Shown here in pieces: positions 50,201-62,200 of a stretch of DNA of 64,000 bases. The translations under genes and the position numbers were made by a program. The notes under the pieces were generated by a model. The model was given only the letters and a program-made list of their open reading frames with translations. It was not told the DNA's origin and ran no database searches. Position 1 is the stretch's first letter. Every line of letters starts with the position of its first letter. This DNA is from Malacoraja senta. Taxonomy: Eukaryota. The stretch is taken from positions 21,950,001 to 22,014,000 of the forward strand of contig CM075987.1 of NCBI GenBank assembly GCA_038087875.1, read 5' to 3'.

Positions 50201-53200
50201 TGAATCATGAATTTTGTGAGTTTCCCAGCAGTTTTACGGTAAATCACATGATATCAAGAAACAGCTGAGAGCATTGTACACAACAAAGGTGTTGGGACCA
50301 GAATATCTCCCAGTTGAAGCACTGAAGATTTACACTTTAGAATTAGCCACAGACTTAGCCAAACCTTTCCAGTACTCGTATCTAACCAACAATATTAAAA
50401 TTAAATGGAGGGGGGGTTGATTTTAAGTTTTTGTTGTCATTTAGAACATCTACTCAAACCACATTTAAGTAGGCATTATGGCCAAAGGGCCTGTTCTTAT
50501 ACTGTACTGATCTATGTTAATACATATTGTGTTTATATATATCATCCAATGTTTTCTTTGGATTAGTCAATATGATTTGATACATTAAACCCTTGTTTTA
50601 ATGGTTCCTTTATAACGGATTTGGGTTATAGTGGACGGACCTGTTGATGCCATCCCGACTCGCATGGTCTCCCCAGTCCCCGACCCCAACACAAATGCTC
50701 AGTTTAATTTTGCCAGGACTACTTAGGTCCACAAAAGTTGGCCTAAATAAATTGAATTCTTGAGATAAATGAAAGTGAGTGATCATTTCTGATACCAAGG
50801 CAGCATTTGACCAAATGACATCAAGCAACCCTAGTAAAACTAAAATTAATAGGCATCCATGAAAAGCACATAGGAAGATGTTTGTGATTGTTGACTTCAG
50901 TCATCCAAAGACACTGAAATTTCACAGGGTAACAACTTATGCCCACCCAGCTTTAGCTAATTCATCAGTCACCTTCCTTCACAAGAAAGGGGAATGTTCA
51001 ATTCCATTTGCATCTCCTCAACAAACTATGAAGTCCATGCCTGCCTGCATCAATACCTGGACAACACCCTGACATGGGCCCTGATATGGAAGTAATAGTG
51101 TTGCAAAAGAGCATTTAAAAATGCAATATTGCTGTGATTTGGAATGGGATATCTGAAAGGGTGTTGGAAGCAGATTCAAAAGTTACATTTAAATGGAAAT
51201 GCATTCAAAATAGAAAAATTGTTTTTTCAAAGAGTCAGCACAGGCATGATGGAGCAAATGGCTTATTTTATGCTGCGTAAATCTACCCTTGGATATACTA
51301 GGAACATTGAGCACAGTATCTAAGATGATGTCTCTCACCTGTAATAAGCCAATTGCAAAGCAATCTGGATATAGGCATCTGGGCTCAACCTCTGGGACTT
51401 CACAAAAACTTTCCCAAAATGCTCGAACACAAAACATTTTATATCCATATCATGCACCATCCTGGATAGAAAGGAAAATAAGGATGAATCTCTTCACTTG
51501 CAAGATAACCCAGCACTTTCTCTAACCTATCCCATACTGTTAAATAATATCAGAATGCAGTTATATCTGCTGGTTCTCCCAACAGTAAGCAGCACGTTGG
51601 CGCAGCGGTAGAATTGCTTACTTACCGCGCCATAGGCCCAGGTTCAATTCTGACTATGGGTGCTGTCTGTACAGTTTGTACATTCTCCTGTGACTATGTG
51701 GGTTTTCCAGGTACTCCGGTTTCCTCCCACATTCTAAAGACCTACAGGTTTGTAGGTCAATTGGTCGGCGTGGACTCAGTGGGCCGAAGGGCCTGTTTCA
51801 GCGTTGTAGCTCTAAACTAAATAGGGGCAGCACTTCATCTGCAAGNNNNNNNNNNNNNNNNNNNNNNNNNNNNNNNNNNNNNNNNNNNNNNNNNNNNNNN
51901 NNNNNNNNNNNNNNNNNNNNNNNNNNNNNNNNNNNNNNNNNNNNNNNNNNNNNNNNNNNNNNNNNNNNNNNNNNNNNNNNNNNNNNNNNNNNNNNNNNNN
52001 NNNNNNNNNNNNNNNNNNNNNNNNNNNNNNNNNNNNNNNNNNNNNGACACCAAGAATCAGACAATGAACACGGAGAGGCTGCTGGGAGCCGAAGCTCAGA
52101 TACAAATACCCAAAAGGAGTTGAACAAGAGGAAGAAGGGAAAAAGATACCAAGTAGAGGGATGATTTTGTTTGGGGTGGGATGGAAAAAGGACAAGAGGG
52201 GTAAGGTCTTTTGGGCTACTATCTGATACCTAAAAGCCAGGTATGAGCTTCCCCGATGTTCTCTGTATCTTTTCTCCCTTCTAACCTCAACCCTTCCACC
52301 CCCTTCTCTCTCAACCCTCCAGGGCTGGTACTTCCAAAGCAATGAAGGAGTTCCGAGAACAATAAAAACATCTTTAGTGAGCGAAAAACATCTCAAAGCT
52401 CAAAATAAATGGAAAGACAATAATCCATGGGGCAGCTGTGAAGTTCCCCACATGAGACATACCATTCTGAAAGACACTTGCAGCAACCCACAGCAACAAG
52501 CTTCTCATATATAGCTACAGCCCCAGATCAATAAAGGAGATGCGTGGGGAAAGTTTATTTTAAAACAGATAGTGATAGATGCACGGTGCCAGGAATTGTT
52601 GGTACAGGCAGATATTAAAGTACAATTTAAAAGGCTTTTGGATAGGCACACGGACATGCAGGGAATAGAGGGGAATGGAACTATTCCAGACAGAAGAGAT
52701 TAGTTTAACGGCATCATGTTCAGCATGGACATTATGGACTGAAGGGCCGTTTAGTTTAGTGATACAGTGCGGAAACAGGCCCTTCGGCCCACCGGGTCCG
52801 TGCCAACCAGCGATCCCCGCACATTAACACTATCCTACACACACTAGGGACAATTTTTATATTTACCAAGCCAATTAACCTACAAACTTGTACGTCTTTG
52901 GAGTGTGGGAGGAAACCGAAGATCACGGAGAAAATCCACGCAGGTCACGGGGAGAACGTACAAACTTCGTACAGACAGCACCCGTAGTCGGGATCGTACC
53001 TGGGTCTCTGGCGCTGCATTCGCTGTAAGGCAGCAACTCTACCGCTGCGCCACCGTGACCGCTGTATTGTTCTATGTTTGATGTTTTAATACTCTCTCAT
53101 ACCCTCCCAGGTATGCAAATACAGCCATACATATAACTTTCAAAAAATAAACATGGTCATAAGTGATAGGAGTAGAATTAGGCCATTCGGCCCATCAAGT

Positions 53201-56200
53201 CTACTCTGCCATTCAATCATGGCAGATTTTTCTCTCCCTCCTAACCCCATTATCCTGCCTTCTCTCCATAACCTCAATTGATGTCAATTATATTTGAACA
53301 AAGTGGCCCGATTACTGCCCACTAGTCTGCTTACCCCCTCACACACCTGCAGGGTTTTGTCAAACCACCTGTTGCCGCTGTTCCAGCGACTACCTCCGCC
53401 CATGCAACATCTGAGCCGCAACGCGACTCATGTAGAGTTCATCAGACACCTTTGGCACTGGAGCATCCAGGCAGATGGTGAAGATGCACCTCTGGATGCA
53501 TTTCACAGACTCCTTGTTCACCTTATCTGGAGAGGGCCAGAGAGAAGCAAACAGAAACAATGAGCAGTTCCAAAATTCTTCATGGTAGCATTAGAGAAAA
53601 TTAAATTTGCTTACACAAATATATTCCATTACCACAAAATATAATGGTGAGCTATCACTGGATTCAAGTGCATAGCTCATTTAAATCAAGGAGACTAGGA
53701 GAGTTCCCAGTTGTTTCAAACCCTTACACATAAGTGTGGGCATTATTGCAAGACCAACATGTTCTCCAGAGATGCTGCCAGACCCGTTCCTAATGTTCAT
53801 AATGCCTTGAGTATTAGAAAGGCGCTATAATAATCCCATCCATTATTATTATTATTATAACTGCCCTTAGAAGATGGTGTTAAGCCACCTATTTAAACAC
53901 CTGCGTTATACGTGGTGTCAGATATGGGATTCGAGGATTCTGACCCTGCAAAGTGGGAATGGTGGTATATTTCCAAGTGAGGATGGCATCTGAGCTGGAG
54001 AAGAACTTGGAGGTGATGAACAGAATCAGTTCCCATATACCAACCTCCATTGGCTTTCTCACCAGTAAAAATTGTGGGTTTGGAGAGGTGGCATCCAACA
54101 ATCTTTTAATAATAACAACAATCTTTTACTAATAACCAATGCAGGTTGCTGCAGTGCAAACTGTACCCATTGTGAAACCAGTACAATAGAGTGAGGGTTT
54201 AAGGCCAGGATTTTAGGTGATGGTAGAGGTTTTGCCTTGAATGATCTTGAGTTCCCGAGTCGCTCCTCTCGCTTATTTGTCATGTTCTGGAGACAAACCT
54301 TTGATCAGTGTGTTGTAAGCATTTGCCCAGCTGTTTCGATGACCAGTTGAAAGGATTCCAATTGGCTCTTTGTTTGTCTGGAGTGAAGAATGCCAGATCT
54401 TCTCCAATTGCATGGTAAAGTTGGTCCACAGTTAGGGGACTGCCATCACTGTTGTACACAAAGAGCTCAAAGAACTGCAAAACACAGATGGACATCATTA
54501 ACTGCAAGTATGGACTAACAGTCACAGAGCAGAACAGGCCAAGTACTGTCAAAGTGCCTTTGAGTTATAGAGTCAGAGTTATGCAGCACAGAAAAAGGCT
54601 CTATGGCTCATCTCGCCCATTCTGACCAAGACGCCCCATCTAAAATAGTCCTATTTAATCGAGTTGACCCATAACCTGTAATCCCTTCTTATCCATGTTT
54701 TGTAAAGTGGTTGCCTCCTTTCCATTACTGCATCAGTGACTAATTAAAACTACATTGTTGAATGCAAAGACCCATCTCAGGATGATATGAAATAGCAGAT
54801 AGAAATTGGTTAGTGATTTGTGAACAACCAGGTCACAGGGCCACCAGGACACAAGGCGATTTAGATCAACACTGGAATTGCAATGAGGAAATACCTGTGT
54901 TGCCTCAGGAGAGGAACATGGGGAAAGAAAACTAAGAATCGTTCAGCACATACAAGTGGTTGCAAGAAACCTACCTGAAAGTTGTGCACAATTGTTACGT
55001 GGGTTGGTTTTTTAGTTAAGGAATAGTTGGCAAAAGAATCACTTTTGGAACCTGGAATCCTGCATGATGATAGAATCTGGTAATATTGGTTCATGCAGAG
55101 AGGGCTCCCTCCTAAACTCTCCACAGGAAGAGTCTCACTGAGAACAGAAACAAGAGGGAAAGTCTTTACTTATTAAATATTAGACAGCACAGAGCTTCAA
55201 ATGTACAAAATTCTCACTTTGGTTTAAAGACCTCAAAACCTGTAATAGTTATACATCACGGAAACAGGCCCTTTGACCCAACTCGTTACCCTTGACCAAG
55301 TTGTTTATCTAAGGCCAGGAAGCGAGCGGGCAAGATCATCTCCGACTCCTCTCACCCTGGCCACAAACTCTTTGAATCACTTCCCTCTGGAAGGCGACTC
55401 CGGACTGTCAAAGCTGCCACAGCCAGTCATAAACACAGTTTTTATCCACGAGTAGTTGCTCTACTCAACAGCCAAAAATCTGTAGCCTCCCTTTGATCTG
55501 GTATTTTGTTGGTTCACATGCTTGATCAATGGTGTTTTATCATTAATGTTTTATCAGGGCTGCCAACTCTCACACTTTCAGCGTGAGAATCACGCCTTGG
55601 AGCCAATTCTCACGCCTCACGCTGATGACCGAGTTCTCACGCTGAGTTCAGACCCTGCGCAGTTTGTCCCTTTGCGCCATGTGCCAGCGCGATCTGTCCG
55701 GTCTGGGGAAGATCGTCGGTTGAAGGCTGTGAGTGACGTCGCGTTTCTTCTCTTCTCTTTTGGTCGAATGTGCAGCTGCCGACAACATGAAGCAGCTGGA
55801 GATGGAACTAACCCGGTGAATCAGTTGTAAAACATGGGGGGGGGGGGGGAGTAAGGACCAATTGGGCCCAAGGAAGAGAGAGGGGAGAGGGGAGAGAGAG
55901 GGGGTGGAGTGGGAGGAGAGAGAGGGGGAAGAGAGAGAGAGGGGTGGTAAAAGAGAGAGGGAAAGAGGGAGAGAAAGGGGAAGAGAAACGGGGGAAAGGA
56001 AGAGAGGAGGGCAAAGTGAAAGAGGAGATAGAAACAGAGGAGAAAGAGAGGGTAGAGGGGGCAAGGGGGGGAGTGAGGTGGGAGGGAGAAATGGGGGAGA
56101 GATGGGGGGAGAGGGGAGAGGGGGAGAAAGAGGGGAGAGAGTGGATAGAGAGCAAGAGGGGGTGAGAGAGAGAGGGAGATAGAGGGGGAGATAGAGGGGA

Positions 56201-59200
56201 GATAGAGAAGGAGGGGAAAGAGAGGAGAGAGTGAGAGGGAGAAGAGGGGGAGAGAGGAGAGAGAGAGGGGGAGAGAGAGTTAGGGAAAGACAGGGGAGAG
56301 GGAGTTAGGGGGAAAGAGAAGGGGAGAGGAGAGAGAGAGGGTGAGAGGGGAGGGTGGAGAGAGAGAGAGGCGAGAGAGAGGGGGGGAGTGAGGTGGTAGG
56401 GAGAGAGGGGGAAGAGAGAGAGAGAGGAGAGAGGAGGCGAGAGAGAGGGGGAGAGAGAATGGAGAGAGGGGAAGAAAGGAGAGAGGGGGGAGAGAAGAGA
56501 GGGGGGAGAGAAGAGAGGAGAGAGAGGGAGAGGGAGGGGAGATGGGGAAGAGAGAGGGGGTGAGAGGAGAGAGTGGAAGAGGGGAGAGCGAGAGGGGGAG
56601 GGAGAGAGAGGTGGGAGGGAGAGAGAGTGGAGAGGGAGAGAGAGGAGAGAGAAGTGGGGGGGGAGAGAGAGAGAGAGAGATAGGTGATATAGAGGCAAGG
56701 CTGCCAACTCCCATGCATTGAGCATGAGAATCACGCATTTTGCCAAATTCTCACGCTGATCACAAATTTCTCACGCTCTGTCGTGAGAAATTCTATGATC
56801 AACGAAAATTTCAAAACTAATATCAACTGCATGGGCCACGGGAGTTGGAAGCAGAAGCAGCGGCGGGGACAGATGCGGACGGGGAGTGGGGGCTGGCGAG
56901 TGTTTGCTGGGCTGGCGAGTCGCTCACTGCAACTCCGGCCATGGAGCAGCCTCAGTGCAAGAGTCCCGGGCCGTCGGCGGCGTCGGAAGCGTTGCGCCGC
57001 TGCTGTGAAAGTCTCTGTGCCAAATTCGCCCTGGTGACCAGCATGGATCAGGCTGCGGCTCAGTGCATCCTGGAGGACAACCAATGGCTGCTGGAAGTAA
57101 GTACCAAGCACTGGGTAGAAACGGTGGAAGATAGTGGACTTCAAATGGGAGTGGTTGGGGAAAGCACCCTGCTTGCCTGCTAGATTTCCACTTACTGTAA
57201 CTGCAGGAAAAATGTTCCCAATGTTGGGGGGAGTTCAGAACCAGGGGTCACAGTTGAAGAATAAAGGGTAGGCCAGTTAGGACTGTGATGAAGACAAACT
57301 TTCTTCACCAGAGAGTTGTGAATCAGTGGAATTCTCTGCCACAGAAGGCAGTGCAGGCCAATTCACTGGATGTTTTTCAGAGAGAGTTACATTTAGTTCT
57401 TGGGGCTATTGAAATCAAGGGATATGGGGAAAAAACCCGGAAAGAGGTACTGATTTTAGATGAATAGCCGTGATCATATTGAATGGCAGTGCTGGCTCGA
57501 AAAGCCGAATGGCCTGTTCCTGCACCTATTTTCTATGCTTGAGTATATGGCAATAAAAACTCAATCACTTGATTTTGAAGCATTCATGCATGGTGGAGGT
57601 ATAATGTAGTCATAGAGTGATACAATGTGAAAACAGGCCCTTCGGCCCAACTTGCCCACACCCACCAACATGTCCCCAGCTACACTACCTGCTTTTGGTC
57701 CATACCTCCAAACCTGCCCTATCCATGTATCAGTCTAACTGTTTCTTAAATGTTGGGATGGTCCCTGCCTCAACTACCTCCTCTGGCAGCTTGTTCCATA
57801 CACCCACCACCCTTTGTGTGGAATAAGTTACCCCTTAAAAAGTTACCTCTTAAAAATAATTAATACAAAAAACATTGAAATCATACTTCTACATTGCACT
57901 AAAACATGATTTTAATACATCAAATTTCAAAAAGTCCCTACCCTGGGAGGGGGGACACCCCACTTCCACACCCTCTCCCCACCCGGTTTCCTCCACTCCC
58001 TCACCGGGTACCCCCAAAGCCAGTGATCAGTGATCGCTCAGCCTCCCCACTTTAAAAAACGCTCCGCGATCCCTGGTTCAGATGGAGAACACTGCCAGAT
58101 GTGAGCGGGGAACTGAGGCCAGTTGTCCATGATGTCTGGATCCCCAATGCTCAGCGCTTCATGTTTCGGAGTCGGCTAATGTTATTGATTTGTAATTAGT
58201 TGACAAAACCTTAATTTATGAATCTGGAATATCCAGGGGGATGGGATAAGTGTAATATTAAAATGACATGCAAGGTGTCAGGCTGTCTGTCACAACATAC
58301 AGCCCCGGTTATAACCCATTATTTCCTTCAGTTAAATATTGGGAAGGTAGCACTATTGTCATTTGCCACTCAACTATTATGTTTGTTTACCTCACTGACT
58401 ATTTCTAACCCCCCCCCCCCCCCATAAATTCCTTTGACAGGTTGAATAGAAATGTCCCCAATCTCGTTGTTTTATTAATTCAATACGTAGATGAACATCC
58501 TCAAGGAGTGTAATCAGATGGAAACCGATTCAGATGCGATATTTAAGAGCTTGTTCAAAGAAGGGGAATATTTTAAAGGAGTGACGGAGATACATGCAGG
58601 GGAATGTGTGAGGAGGTTATTATTTTCTTTAGTTTTAGCTTGAACCAGGACATCTGAACATTCAAAGTTTAATATAGTAATTGTACTGATACTGACCCCA
58701 ACCAACCACGTAATGAACATCATCCATTCCGGAGGTTTGACTTTTATGATGCCATTTAAACTTCACTTGGATTTCAATCATTTCAATGTAAAAGTAACTG
58801 GGAATGGGGAGCATTGGAACAAAAATTTGCCCTCGGTACATATTAACTGTAATATAATAATGTATGCATGTTGGTAGGTGCAATCAAAACAAAGATATTT
58901 TTATCATTGTTGTGTTATGGATACCACAGAAAATATTATGTACTCTCAAGATCACATTTAATAGAATAATATTGCTTAAATATATAGTTATTGGACTTTG
59001 CATTTTGGAAAAGTCCCAGCTGAGAGGAAGACAGCAAAATACTGAAAATATTGGGGGTGAAAATGACTTCAGGACAGTTTGTTAGGAAAATGAAAGAAAT
59101 GGTAACAGAATACATACGGCTGAGTGAGTATAATTTTATGGATGATAAATTGTGTTCAACCAATTGATGACTTCTTTGACAAAGTAACTAGCATGTTAGA

Positions 59201-62200
59201 TAACAAGGAAGCCAATGGATGTAGCAAATTTTGTTATAGATGATTTGGTCTGTGAAGTGCCCCATAAAAGATTACTGCATTAGATAAGCACCTATGGACT
59301 TGAACGTAATAGGTTAAGTCCAGGGGGTCAGATATGGGGCTTTATGTGAGGGCCAGATATATTGTCAGTGCAGAGGGGCTAGGAGCAAGGCCAAGTGTGC
59401 ATCCAGAGTCAAGGTCTGGAATAGTACTAGATGTGCAGTCAAAGCTGGGACCAGGGGTGTGTTCAGCACTGGGAACCTAAGCAGATAAGCAGCTATGATC
59501 AGGGTAGAATAGGGGGGGGGGGGCAGGTGTAAGGCTGGACTCAGGGTCAGGAATGAGAGAATGTCAGGGTCAGGAATGAGAGAAGGTATGCAAATGGAGT
59601 CAGGGTCAGGAGTAGTACCCGGTGTGCAGTGAGACCCAGGTTGGTCAACATGGGCCGTGTTTGATTATAATCTGATTTCCATACATGAATATACTAAGAT
59701 CAATCATGTGCTGCACGTGTTGATCAGAGCCTGGGCTCTACTGTGGAATGTAATTTAGTCTAACCTTATTCATAGCTAATCCAATTTAAAGCATATATAT
59801 TGCATTCAAGTGTAAGTTAAAAAGACTCGCTACAGTATGCATCATATTGTAGCGAGTGCACCCTCCTCCCCTCCCCCTCCCACACCCCCCCCGGTCGCTA
59901 TGCTCCCTCGGGCTTGGTCTCTCGCAATTTCTCACTCCCAACTCTCACCCAATGTTGGCAGCCCTGGTTTTATTATTATTAATATTTCGTGTTTTCCGAG
60001 TCATTCGTAACTGTCACTGTATGTCATGTTGTTACTTGTGGGTGGAGCACCAAGGCAAATTCCTTGTATGTGAATACTTGGCCAATAAACTTACTTACTT
60101 AAGCTAGACCCATTTGACTGCATTTGTAAGACTGTAATGCCCTCCGTCCTCACAATTTCCGAGATCTTTGCACCCCAGGCTCTTATTCACACACAAATTG
60201 GCAGTCTGCCTTCCCTGGGCCAGGTTTTAGAATGACCTCCCAAAATACTTTTCCAACTTTCCTCATTTTAAAATGCTTCTAAACTCCTACTTGCGTCTCC
60301 TGCCACTCTTCTTAATATCCCCACTCGGAGCTCGGGGTCAATTTTTAAATCAGCTTTATGGACTGTTTGGAATATTTTATAAGGCAAAATGAAATTACAT
60401 CAATAATCTACATTTTCTATTACCAGTTTTCCCATATTCATCTTAATGTGGTGATGAATTAACATTTGCACTTACTTGTCAATCATAGATTTAAAATCCA
60501 GCACACCAGCTATTAATTTAGCAGAAAATCTGGAAGAGAACACAGGCAGAGATTGGGACCGAATATGAATGAATGGCAGTGTGCTCACTGCTTTACACTG
60601 CCTAGAGTCGTTTTATTTCAGCTAAAGTCACATCATCAAAGAATTTACATTTCATTACCTCAGGATACCTCAAAGTATTCTATGTGGTATTTTTGAATTA
60701 TTTTCATAGTTGTAATGCAGGAAAATTCATAAGCCTTCTATGGAAGTAGAGGTGTTGGTGCGCTTTATCGGCCATAGCTTTGATGTGGTTGATCATCTTC
60801 AAAACAACTCTGTGGTATCTAGGCTGAAGAAGGGTCTCGACCCGAAATGTCACCCATTCCTTCTCTCCAGAGATGCTGCCTGTCCCGCTGAGTTACTCCA
60901 GCTTTTTGTGTCTATCTGTGGTATCTTTCTTTTATTTATTCATTCAAAGAATATACATGTCACTGGCCATGTTAGCATTTACTGTCCATCCATAATTGTC
61001 CTCGATTTATGGAGACAGTTAAGAGTCAACCACGTTTCTAGGTCTATCTAGCCTTGCATGTCAGCAAGAATGGGCAAGTTTGAACCAAATGAGGTTTTAA
61101 CAACAACCAATAGTCAGATTAACTTAATTTTTCTAGTTCCAAGTTTATTTAATTACTTGAATTAAATTGCCAAGCTGATATAGTGGGATTCAAACCCACT
61201 GCTATTTATCCAAAGTCCAGATCTCTGGGTGCTCATCTAGTGCCTTAGTCCCCATGCTACCACACCACTTTTCCCACTTAAGAGAAAGGGGGACAACATC
61301 CATTGTTTAATCCAAACCCCATCAACTCATATGTTGAGTTTTTTTTGTAAGGCAAGGCCTCTGTTGAGGAATGACCATACTGCATATGGTCCAATCTGAA
61401 GAGGGTCCCGACCCAATGCTTTATCTAGGCATGTTCTCCAGAGATGCTGCCTGAGCTGCTGAGAGTCCCAGAATGCAATTCAGTGCTGGAATGGGATACT
61501 ACTTTCTCAATCAGTCACAAAAGCAATCCACTGGTGCAGTAAGACGAGGCTGCTTGGGGGGGGGGGGAGAGAGAAAGGAGGGGGTGGTGGTTGGAAGGCA
61601 GCATGATGTCAATGAGGGGCTCAGGTAAAAACAGCTGGTTGAGCTGGCTTGGAAATGAATAAGTTGAATGCTAGGTTGGTATTAGAATACAAGGATTGTT
61701 AGGTCTGCTTGGATTTCATCATTATTTCCCACCCCCAAATTCATCACTCAATAAAACAGCGCTCCCCACCTCTGCTACCCCTTCAATATAATATTTTTAG
61801 ATCTAGTAAAGAAACATTTGATTTGGAAAAAAACTCTTCCTTAAACCCCCATCATTGTGATTTTCTCTTTGACATTTTCTCTGCACTCAGACCCAGAAGA
61901 TTCGACTGAATCCATTGTGTTCCCCAGGCCTCTGGTGCACAAGCTCAACCTGGTCCTTGCACAAGGGTCTGCCATAAAAAAGAGCAGACAGAATTCAGAG
62001 CCATCTCCAGTCTGGAACATTGCTTCCATGGCAATCCTGGGACACTGCACACTTCTACCTGTGTGACAGAGATTAGGATTCCAGCCATGCCTCCACAACA
62101 TCTACTGGTTTTACAGGAAAATTGGCAAACCAACACAAGGCAAGACAGCCAATTTTCCCATCAGATGTAGAAAATTAAACACCATAGGCGATCATCAGCA

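Larger units (their letters stand above)
55555..59966. mobile_element. Non-autonomous TIR DNA transposon (hAT- or P-like), 4412 bp, carrying host sequence
   Basis: Perfect 13-bp TIRs CAGGGCTGCCAAC (55555-55567) and GTTGGCAGCCCTG (59954-59966). 7-bp TSD GTTTTAT at 55548-55554 and 59967-59973. Subterminal TCTCAC(GC) motifs at both ends. The flanks rejoin as one continuous Rex1-like 3' UTR. Confidence 0.88.

Noticed and set aside
52960..53062. tRNA-like box A/B sequence
   Set aside because: It is the head of a V-SINE and continues into the V-domain and CR1-like tail; not a tRNA gene.
55648..56746. Long Pro/Ser/Leu- and Glu/Arg/Gly-rich ORFs (up to 312 aa)
   Set aside because: Artefacts of the GA low-complexity tract, which lacks stop codons.
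58490..58643. Short ORF after an AG inside the transposon, considered as TDP2 exon 2
   Set aside because: No RALNSYF-like sequence; it looks more like a decayed CR1 tail.
59541..59612. Short direct repeats (TCAGGGTCAGGAATGAGAGAA), also small duplications at 2441, 19661, 40148 and 54097
   Set aside because: Two to three adjacent copies without unique spacers; local slippage duplications, not CRISPR-like arrays.
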